Positions 1-13,579 of a DNA stretch of 64,000 nt are shown piece after piece (the stretch's first letter is position 1; every line of letters begins with the position of its first letter). A program made the translations under genes and the position numbers. This DNA comes from Curvularia clavata (Eukaryota). The stretch is taken from assembly GCA_023920165.1 (NCBI GenBank), contig CP089276.1, forward strand, positions 930,001 to 994,000. The letters are read 5' to 3'. A model generated the notes under the pieces. It saw only the letters and a program-made list of their open reading frames with translations, did no database searches and was not told the origin of the DNA.

Positions 1-994
1 TGTGGATCTTGTCAAAGCACTCTGCAAGCTCGCTGAATGCGCTTGTGAGCAGGGGCGGGGATGGTGGTCTATACGAAACGACGTTGACTCGGATGTGAGG
101 TCAGCGTTGAGGATCGCGACGTGCCGGGCATCTTGGTTGCCGAAAGGGGTAATTTTGGCCAAACCCGTTGATCGCAGGAGGTCGGCGGACCATGGAACCT
201 TCGCCGACGCACCTCGGAGAACAGCTCGGCTGGCCATAGACCTTGCCTAAGCAGGTATCGCGTTTGCCTGATACAGATTTCTATGGTGGTATGTAGACCC
301 TACGATAAGCATTCTGAAGTGAGCCTAGAGTGAAGATGCGAGTAGGCGTCTTGGAAACACATTTTCAACGCATTGGCAAAGCGTCTCAAAAAAAATAATC
401 TCGAAGCCTTTCAACCCATTGCCCTAAACAAGGTCAACGTTGATAGATTCGGGTATAGCGGGGCTATGGCGCAGTGCTCGGTGTCTATGGTCGGCTCATA
501 TGTCTACATGCACCTCTCACTGTAGCCATACGTGTGCGCCGTATTTGATGATATGTGCAATCTGAAGCCAGCGTATGTATAGCGCTAACTCTCTCCGTGG
601 AACCTGATCTATCTGGACGTGATACTGCCTACACACACCCCTTCACCATTGGCAGACAGCGTTAGGCCACCCCCTGGATAGTCTTACATGCCTACCCGAG
701 AATGCACATTCCAAAATGCCGCCAATCCTCCTTTCGACACAGCACTGATTGACGCAACCCTGATTAACTGCCTTCCTTATTTATGCATCACATATGCAAC
801 TAGGCCGACATATCTACGACCTTGGCAACAGGTGCCGAACCGTTATTTGTGGCGCGCTTTAGCCGCCCAAGGCCTCATTGCCCGAGATGCTTGCAGGAAA
901 AGTAGGAGATCCTATGTGCCAATTTAAATGCGCATGTACCCACGCAATGTGACCGTCTGTAAACTCTACCTTTTTGCATATGCCGACCTCCAAG

Positions 995-2772
995 ATGGAT
1001 CTGAGCTCTCTGATATCCGTCACCACAGTGACCAATCTTTCCTTGCTCTTCGTCGTTTACTGGGTTGGCTGGATCATCTACTGTCGCACATTTCACCCAC
1101 TTGCACATGTGCCGGGCCCACTATGGCCTGCAGTCTCTAACACATGGCTCAGGTTACCGTCTCTGTCTATGGCCGTCATCAGTTTGATGCTAACATGCGG
1201 CCAGTAAGCACTCTAATAGACTCCATATGAAGAGGCCAACTTCACGCGTAACCCGATTGACCCTATTTCTTACGCGAATACAGTGTACCACATGTACCTA
1301 GGCGATGTGGAAGTTGCGCAGGATAAGTTACATCAACAATACGGATCACTTATACGTGTTGCGCCAAACGAAGTAGTATCAAATGATGCGAGCGCAATCC
1401 CCCTCATCTACCGCACTCATAATCCTCTTAATAAGACCGAATGGTATGGTATTGTAGTATATGCCGTTGAAATGTTTCACGCTGACCTTGCACGTCTATT
1501 TCAGGTTCGCTAATTTCCGACCTCGTGGCATCAGCGAGCACGCAGACTTATTCACCGAGTTGGACGAATCGAAGCACAACAGGCGCCGCAGGGTTGTTCA
1601 ACCAGCCTATCAGATGGCCCGTGTTTTGAAGAATGAAAAAGCATATGACCGATGCACGATGCTCTTGATGAAGAAACTAGGCGAGCTTGCTGCAAAGGAG
1701 GAAGACGTTGATCTCGGCCACTGGATTGAACTTTACGCCCATGATATACTTGGCAGCGTTTTCTTCGGCCGCGCCTTTGGCTATCTAGAGAAGGGTGGAG
1801 ACATAGACGCATTCATCGAATCTGTGGCGACCGCTACACCGCTCATGCATGTCATTGCTGCCGCACCGAGCTACGTGCGTGGTCTGATCTTGATGGGAGC
1901 TATGTGCATTCCTGGAACTCTGAAAGGACTAAAAGCCATCGAGATGATGATCAACGAAGCAAAGCGACAGACAAAGCTGGGAGTCGAACGTTCCGCTGAG
2001 GACACCAAGTCCCGTCTGGATGTATGCTCCCAACTCTTACAAATCGTTAATGAGAAAGGCAGCCAAGTAGATTTCACCCCTAATGAAGTGACGCTCGAGT
2101 CCTGGACCGGACTACTAGCAGGCTCGGACTCGACTGCTTCAACTATGCGCACAATTCTCTACTTCCTCATGAAGAACCCCGATTGCATGGCCACGGCCGT
2201 CCAAGAAATCAAATCGCAAGAGCATCTCTTGAGCTCGCCAATGACGTACATGGAGTCTACGAAGCATTTGCCGTACGTCAACGCGTGCATTAAAGAGTCC
2301 TCACGCAACTTTTCCAGCGTCGGTATTAGTATGAGCCGTGTTGCGCCTGCTCAGGGAATCGTTTTGTCGAACCACCACATCCCTGCGGGCTACGCTGTTG
2401 GCATGAACCCGTACACTGTGCAGCGCGACCCGAAGCTTTTCGGCGAAGACTCAAGGGTATTTCGGCCTGAGCGCTGGCTTCAGAGTCAAGCGACGAACCT
2501 CGAGATGGAGAAGGGTATGATTACGTTTGGGGCGGGTACGCATACTTGCCTGGGCAAGAATGTAAGTGATCACTTCACTTGGCATGGACGTACCTTTTGC
2601 TAACGTCTCTGTGACAAAATCATAGATTGCACTGGTGGAAATTCATAAGCTTATTCCGGAGTTGTTGCGCCGTTTCGATATGCATTTGGTCCACGACAAG
2701 CCTTGGAGGACGCAGAATGCGGGATTCATCAAGCAGAAGGATATTATTGTGCGACTCACGCCGCGGGCTTGA
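995..2772 (+). CDS. Cytochrome P450 monooxygenase. Exons approx. 995-1151, 1284-1443, 1505-2561, 2626-2772; an alternative in-frame ATG lies at 980
   Basis: N-terminal TM anchor followed by HPLAHVPGP; I-helix AGSDST; K-helix ESSR (ExxR); PERW; heme motif FGAGTHTCLG. Introns 1444-1504 and 2562-2625 are GT-AG. The first intervening sequence (1152-1283) only gives an open frame if spliced as a nested twin intron (see findings). Confidence 0.93.
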
Positions 2773-2918
2773 GTACGATGCATTTCATTTAGATTTAAGC
2801 GAAGCCTGCTGTTTCGGTAACATACAAATAACATACAAGTTAAAGCTATCAAGATAGTAGATACATGTCTTCGAGTGATGACGTCTTAGGTGACCAATAG
2901 CCGACACTTTTTGCCATT

Positions 2919-4082
2919 CTAGGTACCGCCCATTATGTCCGCTGAATGTGTAGGCTTAACACTACCTCCACTCGAAGTTGCACCACTCGTAGCTGCGCCA
3001 CTGTCTCGCTCCAGAGGTGGAGTGTCCGCATAACAAGCCTTCATGAAGCTCTCAGGATACCTTCCACCGCTAACCTCTGCCTCTTCGCACGCTTTCCGAA
3101 TAGCCTGTTCCTCTTCCTTTGTCAATTGCACCTTTACACTTCCGATGTTCTCTTCCAGCCTCTCCGGCTTCGTAGTACCAGGGATAGGGAAGATATCTTC
3201 GCCTTGGGCCATGAGCCACGCGAGGGTCAGCTGGCTTGGCGTAACTCCCTTTGCCTTTGCAATCTCCTTGATGCGGTCAACGAGTTTAAGGTTCTTTGGA
3301 AAATTCTCCTTGCTGAAGCGAGGCGCAAAGCTACGGAAGTCGCCCTCTGGAAAGTCCTCTGGGCCTTTGAGCGCGCCTGTCAGCATGCCTCGATTCAAGG
3401 GCGAGTAAGCGACAACAGCAACGCCTAGCTCCCGGCATGTCTTGAGCAGGTCGATCTGCTCGCTCTCAATCTCAAGCGCAAACGGAGAGTACTCGACTTG
3501 CACGGCAGAAATGGGATGAACCTTGTGTGCCCTTCGCAGCGTGTCTGAGCTGATTTCCGATAAACCCAGGTACTTTACTTTTCCGAGATTGACAAGATCT
3601 GCCATGGCTTGAACGGTGAGCTCAATAGGTGTCTTTTGGTCCACGCGGTGGCAGTAGTAAAGGTCAATGTACGGGACACCCAGGCGCTTCAGCGATTTCT
3701 CGATAGCTTCCTTGACGTATTCTGGGGAAGAATTGATGGGGCCACCTTGAGCGTTGGCAGCAAATTTGGTCGCGAGGAAGATGTCTCCACGCTTGGATGG
3801 GTTGGCTTGGAACCATTTTCCGATTAGGTCTTCATTGTCGCCGTATCTGAACGCGTAATGTTAGGATATCGAGGCCTTATGAGAGCTGGATATCTTGCTG
3901 TATACTTACATATCGGCTGAGTCCCAGAACCGCTCACCTAGTTCGTAAGCGTGGTCAAGGAGAGCCAGGCGCTCGGCATCTGGCTTTGTTGGTCCATAAA
4001 AGGCGGACAATCCCATCAGACCGAACCCAAGACGGTTGACCTGGGGGCCGTTGCGGCCGAGTGGTGCAGTAGGAATAGACAT
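2919..4082 (-). CDS. Aldo-keto reductase (YakC/AKR13-like), one intron near 3848-3909
   Basis: LGFGLMGLS...WDSADIYGDNE, FLATKFA, DLYYCHRVD, YLGLSE, QVEYSPF, AYSPLNRG and PIPGTTK motifs. Confidence 0.95.
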
Positions 4083-4907
4083 TGTAGTTTTGCGGTTTTC
4101 GTTAGAGAATTGATTTCTCGATGGGCGCCGCAAGCAGTATTTATCTTATGAGAGTAAGACTCTCCACCGGCAGTTCTTGTGTTTGCCTGCTTCTAAGCTG
4201 GTTGTAAACACCGATCGTGAAGGATGGTTCGGACAAAAGTTTTCGGCCAAAGCAATGTAACGAGCTCTTGGAAACTGCTTTGCGGGCTCAATGTATCCCT
4301 CCTGGCAATGACGCGGGTATTGTACTTAAGTCCGTGGTTAAGCCCCACCTTTGATGAGATCATAGCGATCACAGCACTTTGGTGCCGCAACCGATCCGCG
4401 GTAGCGAAATTTATTGACATGAAATTGGCGAGATAATCACCAATTTCTTAACGCATATCCCTTCATCTTCCGTTAGATAGACACATTTGCCAGAGTTCGC
4501 GGGGTACTTTGTAGGCCAAGATTGGACGAAGCGGGGATAAGGATACTGGAGGTAAGACGGGGTTTAAACTACCACATTATCCCCGTGTGGCAGAGTAACA
4601 AGTAAAGCATTTCACATGCGCCATGGCCGAGTTACGCGGCCTGTACAACTCGTGATGCATGAACCGCTTGGCGTTTAACTTCGAAGAAAGCTGGTCAAAA
4701 GTACTGATGGCCTGCCAGCGTGTGGCGGGTTGCCTATCCTGCAAGCGAGTTAGCGTTCAGCAAACTTCACCAAATCAACTGTCCCACCAGAACGCGACAA
4801 GTCACATTTGTAATGCTGCCGCCACATTGAAGAAATCCGACGTCCGCATCGCAGACGGATTTACTCAGTTGCTAACTCCTCGTCACATTAAGACATAGCA
4901 GCATATC

Positions 4908-5711
4908 ATGACTGCTCAAATACACGACCTGAAGCCACTCAACATCCGACCTGTTCAACACCAAGTGCATGACCCACCGCAGACCGATCCATTTGTCTTC
5001 GAACATCATGATGACAAAATTCATGTCCTTCTCTGTGCTTCAGGGTCTGTAGCGACCATCAAGATACCAAACATGGTCAACGCGCTTGCAGCGCACGCCA
5101 ACATCCGCATAAGACTCATATTCACGGCTGCAGCCACAAACTTCCTGCAAGGGCAAAGTGGAGAGCAACCGTCCTTGGAAGAAATAGAAGCGTTGCCAAA
5201 CGTAGACGGAATTTATTTTGACGAAGATGAGTGGAAAGAGCCCTGGGTACGAGGCAACAAAATTTTACACATAGAACTACGGCGATGGGCCGATATTATG
5301 GTCATCGCTCCCTTGAGCGCCAATGAACTCGCCAAAATCACTCAAGGCTGGTCAGACAACCTCCTTCTCTCAGTTGTGCGTGCCTGGGATACTACTGGTC
5401 TGATCGACCCTGTGAGGAACATACCGGGTGTACAGTGGCCACAAGAGGAGGGTGGTGTACAGAAGAAACGAATATTAGTTGCACCAAGCATGAATACGGC
5501 GATGTGGTATCAGCCCATTACGAAGAAACAGGTGCATGTGTTGGAAGAGGAGTGGGGTGTCAAGAACGGAGGTTGGTTTGAAGTGCTGCACCCGATGGAG
5601 AAAGAGCTGGCGTGTGGGGATATAGGAGGCGGTGCGATGAAAGATTGGAGAGAGATCGTTGCTGTGATTGAGCATAGGTTGGGTCTAATGTCGCAGATTC
5701 TCGAGACATGA
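4908..5711 (+). CDS. Phosphopantothenoylcysteine decarboxylase, HFCD flavoprotein (Hal3/Cab3 family), intronless
   Basis: SGSVATIK, LHIELRRWAD, APLSANELAK, PSMNTAMW and LACGDIGGGAM motifs. Confidence 0.92.
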   Translation: MTAQIHDLKPLNIRPVQHQVHDPPQTDPFVFEHHDDKIHVLLCASGSVATIKIPNMVNALAAHANIRIRLIFTAAATNFLQGQSGEQPSLEEIEALPNVDGIYFDEDEWKEPWVRGNKILHIELRRWADIMVIAPLSANELAKITQGWSDNLLLSVVRAWDTTGLIDPVRNIPGVQWPQEEGGVQKKRILVAPSMNTAMWYQPITKKQVHVLEEEWGVKNGGWFEVLHPMEKELACGDIGGGAMKDWREIVAVIEHRLGLMSQILET

Positions 5712-7835
5712 TTCGAAAGACGGATCATCGTCAGCAATCTTACCTTGGTTGTCGCCACACGTGCTGCCTAAAGTTGTAGTGCGGAGTGTACCTGGTAGAA
5801 TGTGCCTATTCGTTGGACACAAGACCATGAATAGAAAGGAGTCAATGACCATGGCGACCACCCACATTAAGCATCTTTTGGCTTCCGCTCGAGGTCAGGC
5901 TCACTGGGCTTGGATACTGTGCATGCTGCATCGTGTTTCGGTCCGACAATTGTGATGACGAAGCTATGGCATGCAGAGCGTCCAACGTGGAATACTTTTG
6001 TCGAGTAAATCCAAGAGAGGGGAAACTGCTGCTTGGCATGAAGACTCAAAGTAGACACAACAAGAAAGATTTTCGCAGCGCACAGGCACCGGTAGCAAGT
6101 TTTCAACATATGTGACCAAGGACATGGGAGCAAATGATAGGTGAGATTAGTAATTTCAAAGAAGGATGCTAATACGCTCATCAAGTAGACATGTTGGCTA
6201 AATTGGAATTTTTGGACCTCGACGCGAACAAGCACATAAGCCTCAATGACATGCTTCCCCCACTTTTGCGTTGTAGAATATACTATATACATATACCGGT
6301 CGAGTCAGTACTGTCGCCCTGCCGTCAGCTGTGTTGCCTGGTAAAAGGCGCTAGGAGCGAAGCGCTATTATCTTTGGGGGCCAGAACATGTCAAGCCACT
6401 TGCTCCGGGCATCGTACGTTGGGCTATGGACCATCAGCAGCCCCGTTTTATTGAAGTAGACTGAAGGCTGAGTACTTTGTGGCTTGGAGATGAGACAAGG
6501 AAGTGCTTTTTCAAGGCCACTTTTTGTGATCAGCTTTGTACCTGATTGAACGAATGCTTTCTTTGTTGAAGCCATGGACGCTCATTTGCCTCAGCCTCGT
6601 CAGGGCCGGGATCAGCGCCACATCCACAGGCACAGGCCCAGGCACGCTTCGGACATGTGTAATACAAACATAGCCTTGCCATCTCTAGAATGACACGAAG
6701 GTGTCCTGCTGGAAACACGGATGCCGCTCTTTGTCAACTCGGGCCGGCCGCACGTGCAGCGCGATATTCATCGATTTTAGTGCAAAGGCACTATTCACAA
6801 GTAATCATGTATAAGTAGTTGGTATGGCTGGGCTTGTTTAGTGATCTCTTCTCTATGACTTACGGAATGGAATGTATTCTTGGACTCTCACACGTTATCA
6901 ACCCCGGATTGCTGGTGGAGATGTCTTGGCATGGCGCCAGCGTGTGGGGACGGCATCCTTCGGATCAAGTGACGACGACATCATCATCCAGTTGCTGTTC
7001 AAGCTTCCTCTTCCAACGCGGCACGGGCGTGATGATGGCTGGTCAGGACTGCGGCGCCCGCATTATTCGCCTATGTAAGAGCACACGCCGCATGCAAGCT
7101 TTACCCGTGCAGTCCTGTGCCACAGTTGGCACCCCGCCAAGATCTCCGTCTCGCCAGCGCTTGGAGAGCTGAACGCTTGCGGAACAATGCGTGAGCACTT
7201 GCGTTCCAGCGGTTTCATCCGGTGCCAACCCCGACAGAGCCGTGCCGGAGGCACACTCAGGAGGGATCAACAGTTGCCTGCAACCACCGTCACCAAGTTA
7301 TTACGTGTTTGAGCCAAGATCTGGGTGGAGGATGTGTGCAACAACAGCGTGGGGATGGGGCTCGCACCGTCCGGCGGTGCGTGACATGGCTGATTAGACG
7401 CCAATTCGAGGGTGATTCATTTACAGCGACTAGTGGGTGTGGATACCCTCGAGCTGAACAGCAGGCTGATCCACGAATAGGCTGGCACACTCCAGCCCCC
7501 AAAGGCATGGTGCGAAAACGCGCCTCCTGTCAATCTGCAATCCAGCCCTGCTAGCAACCTAGCTAGGCAACAAAAGCAGTTGGACCTGCGGCTTTGCTCT
7601 CGTTTATTTTCGTTTGTGGCTAAGGCGCCCTGCTGCAGCTTTTCAGATTAGTAGACGCCCATTAAGCCCTGAGGCTCTCAAAGCCTCACCGGATCGCATC
7701 TTTTTAGTCGTGTCGTTCTGCCCTTTTGCCTTCACAGGTATTCTTTCCCGGGGTTGTTTTTCGGTTGGTCGCTTCCACATTTCACGATACCCTTGTTTAC
7801 TGTAGCGGCCCCAACCTCAGCATCATAGAGCCAAC

Positions 7836-10189
7836 ATGCTCAAGCGTGTTTTGCTTGCGACTTCGGCGGCATGGGCTGCAGCTCAATCCTCCTCTTCCGA
7901 GCCTTGCGCAGTCGCTGCCGCACAGTTTCAAGAATCTCAGCTAATAGAGGCACAAGTCGCCCACGATTGTCTCCAGTCTGTTCCTGTTGACGTCGAAGGC
8001 GATGGTCTTCTTATCGACGAATTAAAAAATATATGGCAGTTTCAGTCGGAAATTGTATGGTTGAAGAACCCGGGTAATGACTGGGAGTTTGGCCCATTAG
8101 ACATTGAGGCGGAACTGGACAAGATCAAAAGCAATCTTGCTTCGTATTCGTCCGAATATGATGTTCAACTCGCCATCCAGAATATCACAATTCGAACCGG
8201 CAATTTCCACTTCAACTACAGGCCAGATATACTTCAGGTTTTCGACTTCGTTCGTCTCTTCAACGTTGCTTCTATTTCCGAGGACGGTACTTCACTCCCC
8301 AAATTGTACGTTGCTGATGACGTCTTCGCTCTGGCACAAGGTAGCTCGGACGTCTCTGAGATTACCAAGATCAACGGTCAAAACCCTTATGACTTCCTTC
8401 TGTCTACTTCATGGTCACAATACATCGATTCGGATGGCTTAATAAACAACATGCTGGCTAAAGGAGATACGGACAACTATGGTTCTTTCAGGGTCCAGGG
8501 CAAATACGATGGCGACACGACAGATGTCACATGGGCGAACGGATCAACAGCCTCTGTTCCCAACCGCGCCGGCTCGCAGTACAGTTTCTCTGGTGTCACC
8601 GACGGCAACTCCTTTTTCAACGCGTTCTGTACAGGCCGCATCTTCGCTGAGCCGTCCACAAGCAGCACAAAGGCCGAGACGGATTCGTCCGACACAACTC
8701 GTCGTCCAAAAAGGCCCGGCATCAGCACCATCGTTTCTCCTAGCGCCCCCGGCAATTCTCGTCGTATTCCTACTGGAACCTACCATCTCCGTAACAAGCG
8801 CCAGACTATTCCGAACTCTTATGCACGAGCTATTGCAGAAGCTTCAAGTGGAGTTGTAGCAGGATACTACCTCAACGGAGATGGCTATGAAGATATTGCC
8901 GTGCTCAAGATCATCTCATTCAGCAACCCCAGTTCTGATATGGGAGAGACTGCCTTTAACAATGACTTCCAGGCCACTGTTTCCAAATTCCTCGAGCAAT
9001 GCGTGAGCGATAAGAAGCAAAAACTCATCATAGACCTCCGTGAGAATGGGGGCGGCAATACCAACCTCCTTTTGGATGCTTTCATGCAGTTGTTTCCTGA
9101 GATGGAGCCGTTCTCTGGACAACGATACCGGGCGAACGAAGCTTTTCTCAAGATTGGTGATGCTGTCGACGAGATCCGGGGCGATGCTACCAAGGCGAGA
9201 GCATTTACGAGGTTTACCAGGGAAAATATCGAGCAAAGTCCCACGTACAGATATTGGTCTTGGTGGCACTTCCTGAACAGCAACGGAGCAGACTTCAAGG
9301 GATGGGACGACTTCAACGGTCCTGTGAAGCTGAATGGTGACAGTTTCACTACAACCATGAGATACAACGTAAGTCATATCTCGCTACATTACCCATGTTT
9401 TTACTAACAGCAAAACAGTACACAGATGAGCTCTCTATTCTTCCACAAGGCTTCCGCTTTGTAAATGGCACCCGCTCAACTCCATTCAACGCCTCCAACA
9501 TTGTCATGTACACTGACGCCCTCTGCGGCTCCTCGTGCGCCTCTTTCCACGAAGAGCTAAAGAACATTGCGGGCATCCAAGCTGTCACCGTCGGCGGAAG
9601 ACCCGAAAACAAGCCCATTCAAACCGTCACCGGCAGCAAAGGCGGCGAAGTCACGCCTCTCTACTACTGGCAAACCTTTGCAGAGACAGCGCTGAACCTC
9701 AGCTCCTTCGCCAGTCTCTCTGCCTTCTCGTCCTCGGACTCCGTTCTCTCAGGCATAGCCAACGTCCCGCAACTCGCCACGCGCGCAGGCGACGAATCCT
9801 CGCGTCTGCAATCCCAAGATCAGGTCCGAAAAGGTGACGCATCCGCCACTCCGCTCCAGTACATCTACGAAGCCAGCGATTGCAAGATCTTTTACACGCC
9901 AGAGACTTACTTTGACCCGGACGCCGCGTGGAAGCAGGCCTGGGACGCGTTCCAAGACAACAGCAAGTGTGTCAAGGGAAGCACGGGTCATAAGAGCTCG
10001 CTGTCGGGTGGCTACAAGGCGTATGGGCCTGGTGAGCTGAAGGCTGAGGATCAGCCTAAGAGCAGTCCCGACGATGGCAGGAAGGGAAGTGGTAGCGGCG
10101 GTGATAAGAAGGATGCAGCGGGTAATGTGAGGATGAGTGGGGCAGTGGTAGGCGTGGTGGCTGTTCTTGTCAGCGCGTTGATGATGTAG
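7836..10189 (+). CDS. Secreted, probably GPI-anchored peptidase S41-family protein; intron 9369-9418
   Basis: Signal peptide; LIIDLRENGGG and TDALCGSSCA motifs of fungal S41 proteins; VTVGGRP; Gly/Ser spacer plus hydrophobic C-terminus. The intron reads GTAAGT...ACTAAC...CAG. Confidence 0.85.
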
Positions 10190-10536
10190 ATGGAATCAGA
10201 GAATTCCTAATGACTTAACGGTATATACATTGTTTTAGCCCTGTTTGTTTGTAAAAGGAAATGATATCCCCCCATTTGCATATGGAACAACTTTCTTTGA
10301 TGAGAATAAAGTGAAGGGTAAAAAGTTGTACAGTCCCAACCATCTTAGTGATTGCTCAAAGGGCTATTATTTCAACATACTATTCGAAGCAAAAGAATCT
10401 ATCAACCATACTCTAATCATCACCGCCTAAAATTTCATTCCCTTTGAAAAAGCCCAAAGGCCAGCTAAACAAAATCACTCTCATGGTACGTTCCAGATTA
10501 CATTCTCACCTTCTTTCCTCCCACAATCATCTCCAT

Positions 10537-12293
10537 CTAATCCGGCCTCAACACCGCATCCCCCACACACAGCACCACATTCTTAAAGAACCTCCTCCAC
10601 TCCAGGGGATCTCCACTCGCTTTCACAAACCTGACCTCCCAATACTCTGCGCCATCGTACACCGCCTTCTCCACCACCACATGTCCATTCAGTCCCTGAC
10701 GCCGCCCATCCGCCATCTTAACCCGTATACTCGCGCTACCCACCCGCTCCGCCTCTTCAATCTGCACAGTGGAGAAAGAAGGAGCCGGGACACCGAGGCG
10801 GTTTAGAGCCGCGAGCAGGAGGGGAAGAAGGAGCGAGAGGGGATGCGGCGAGATGAAGCGCGCCATGGAGTAGGAAGGGAGGATGTCGGCGAATTTTCGG
10901 GCGGCTTGCGTGAAGGTTAGAGGTACGCCGGGTTGAGAGCTGAATTGTGTCATGCTGGGGTCTTGGGAGAGCATGTCTTGGGTTGACGAGGGGAGCTGGG
11001 ATAGGAAGGGCGTGGAACTTATTTGGGAAGTGTGAATAGCAGCGTGGGCGGCGGTCGTGCTAGGTTGAGAAGCCGACATGCCGTCGTGGGAGGCGAGGCG
11101 TGGTGGGCGTTCCCAGTCGAATGGGGTGTCAGCGGAGGGGGTCTCGGGCTGGGTGGAGGAGAGGATGTGGATGGCGCTGGAGCGGCGGGGGTCGTCATCC
11201 GTATCAATGTCCATTGCATCACCGTCGTCTTGTGAGAATCCACGTTGGGATTGGGTAGGTGGTCGTGTGAAGTCAATGCGGAGATGAGATAGCATCTGCG
11301 TGGCTAGACCGACTGGGTTGGCATTTCGTCCTGAGGGCGTCAAGTATGGATTGTTGCGGGTGAACCAAGGATGTGTGCGTACTTCGTCCAGTGTAAAGCG
11401 CTGTTTGGGATCGACTTTGAGCATGCCTCGAAGCAAACTGATAATATCAGGCGGAAGCTTAGCCCATAGTTCATCGCTAGTATGACCTCCTGTCTCGACG
11501 TATTCTTTGAACTCTTCTGACCGCATCGTGGGTTCGTCCCATGGCGTGTTTCCAACGAGAAGAACGAACAATACAACGCCGCAACTCCATACGTCGCAGA
11601 CATTGGCCTCGTATCCCACATCCAACACATCTGCCCTCTTGCTCCTTCTCCCACTAACGATCTCGGGTGCAATATAAGGTGGTGAGCCGCATACCGTGTT
11701 GCAAAGCCGTATCTGCCCATCTTTTTTAAACAAGGCCGCCAGTCCAAAGTCGCTCAGCTTCAAGTCTCCCTCTGCACTCAGCAGCACATTCTCAGGTTTA
11801 ATGTCCCTGTGCGCCACGCCCTTGCTATGCATGTACGCGACAGCACTGACAAGCTGTGAGAAGTACAGATGGGCGATGTCCTGACCGACGCCCTCGTCCG
11901 CCTCGATCTTGTCAAACAAGTCACCTCCCTCGGCGAGTTCCATGGCTATCCAAGTCCACAGCGTATCCTCGCCAGAACCTAGGCAATGGATAATGTTATG
12001 ATGCTTTCCAAGATGCTGATGTAACACAATTTCCATCTTGATTTGTTTGGGAGTCAGTCGGCCGGTACGCAAGGCATGTTCCTTGTTGATGAATTTGATG
12101 GCGATGACGGGTTTAGGGGCATTGAGGGGGACGGCTTTGCGGATGCTTCAGCAGCATTAGCAACAGATATTGACGGCGCAGATAGAGGAACTCACGAGGC
12201 ATATGCGCCTTGCCCAATGGTCTTACTGACGAGTCTGAAAGGCAGGTTGGTGGGCAGAGGGGCCGCCTGGCTGCCAGGCGGGGCGGGGCCCAT
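10537..12293 (-). CDS. chk1: DNA-damage checkpoint Ser/Thr kinase Chk1; one short intron near 12147-12196
   Basis: IGQGAYA, IAIKFI, HRDIKPEN, DFG and CGSPPYIAPE motifs; SQ/TQ cluster; C-terminal KA1-like GDPLEWRRFFK typical of Chk1. Confidence 0.93.
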
Positions 12294-13579
12294 GGTAGCG
12301 GGTACGTCACGTCGTACGAATTGAACGAATCCTAGTCTAGAGACGTAGAGATACTGAAGGCAGCAGCAATGTTATTTCGCAAGGCTGGAGAATTTTCGTT
12401 GATTGCAACGTTCAAATTCCCTGTCGTCGTCGTTGTTTTTTCCTCAACCCGCCAGCCAGTCATCCCATCAGGCAGCCGAGCGGCATCGCGTCACACCCCC
12501 CAAAACACAGGGCGCACAGACTTCAAAGCCACGCGACGCGACAAACGCCTGCTCACGTGGCTAGGCAAGGCACACAATTTGGCATGTCAAACGGTGCTCG
12601 GCTCATCATGTGCCGTACCGAAACTTTTTTTCCCGTCCTGTTTGAACAAAAATCCCAGCTCGCTTTACCTGCCCGTCTGAAGACGTTATCCGAATAACCC
12701 CCCTGAGCCCCGGACAAATGGCTCAATGCAGCCATGTGTACCATGCAAGCCACAACCCTCTTTTTTTTCTTTACTGTACGAATTGTATTTTAACATGTGA
12801 CTGTTAAGAACCGCCACCTTCCGTACGTGCATCGGTTTCGCGATCTTACATCCCGTCTTCGGAAGACGTCCCTGTCGATCCCATGTTATACCCGTCCGTC
12901 GCCCTACTTGTAGGCAATCTCACCGTACATACAGTAGTCTGTAACCGGAGACACAGCCTCGAAATGGGCCATCATGCCAGTAAAGCAGCATCTCATATCC
13001 GCAGCGCAGGACGACGAAGGAGCTAGACGCCTTTTTGTTGGGATGAAGCTTGATAGTCTCAAACACGCATGTTTCCACCATGTACATACCCTTCCATGTC
13101 CTTGTTTATCGTTCAGGCCCGTCGCTGCCATTGCTATTGCTAGCATTTACGGATATCCCTTCGGACTCGACTCCGTCCTCCGCTTAGAGTTGCATACCGA
13201 ATACGAAGGAAGGTAACAACTGCGAGCGAGGCACGGCGAAATCTCCGTCTCCTAACATGGGGCTGCCAAAGCTAACTTTTGGTTGCCCCTTCCACCCGCA
13301 CACACATACGCAATGCAAGAGTCCTTTGGTGATACTATGTTATTCCTGGGTTCGTGGTACCTTCCCTTCTCTCTCTTGCTCATCATCAAGTGGCAAAAAG
13401 ACAAAAGGGCCGTGTGATTTGCTTTTTCTTACGCATTAGAGCACTTGTTGCGGCGAAAAGTCCGCGCCCTGATACGTACGTAATAGGACCCAACCACGGG
13501 AACGTTCAACGTTTTTTGAGGACCCGACAGTGTGGATTGCAGTGTTTGGTCTGACAGGGACCCCTATATGGCAGAAAGA

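Noticed and set aside
1..300. Possible minus-strand gene running off the left edge (branch-like GCTGAC and TAG acceptor near 70-110)
   Set aside because: Too little sequence and no recognisable motif, so no call can be supported.
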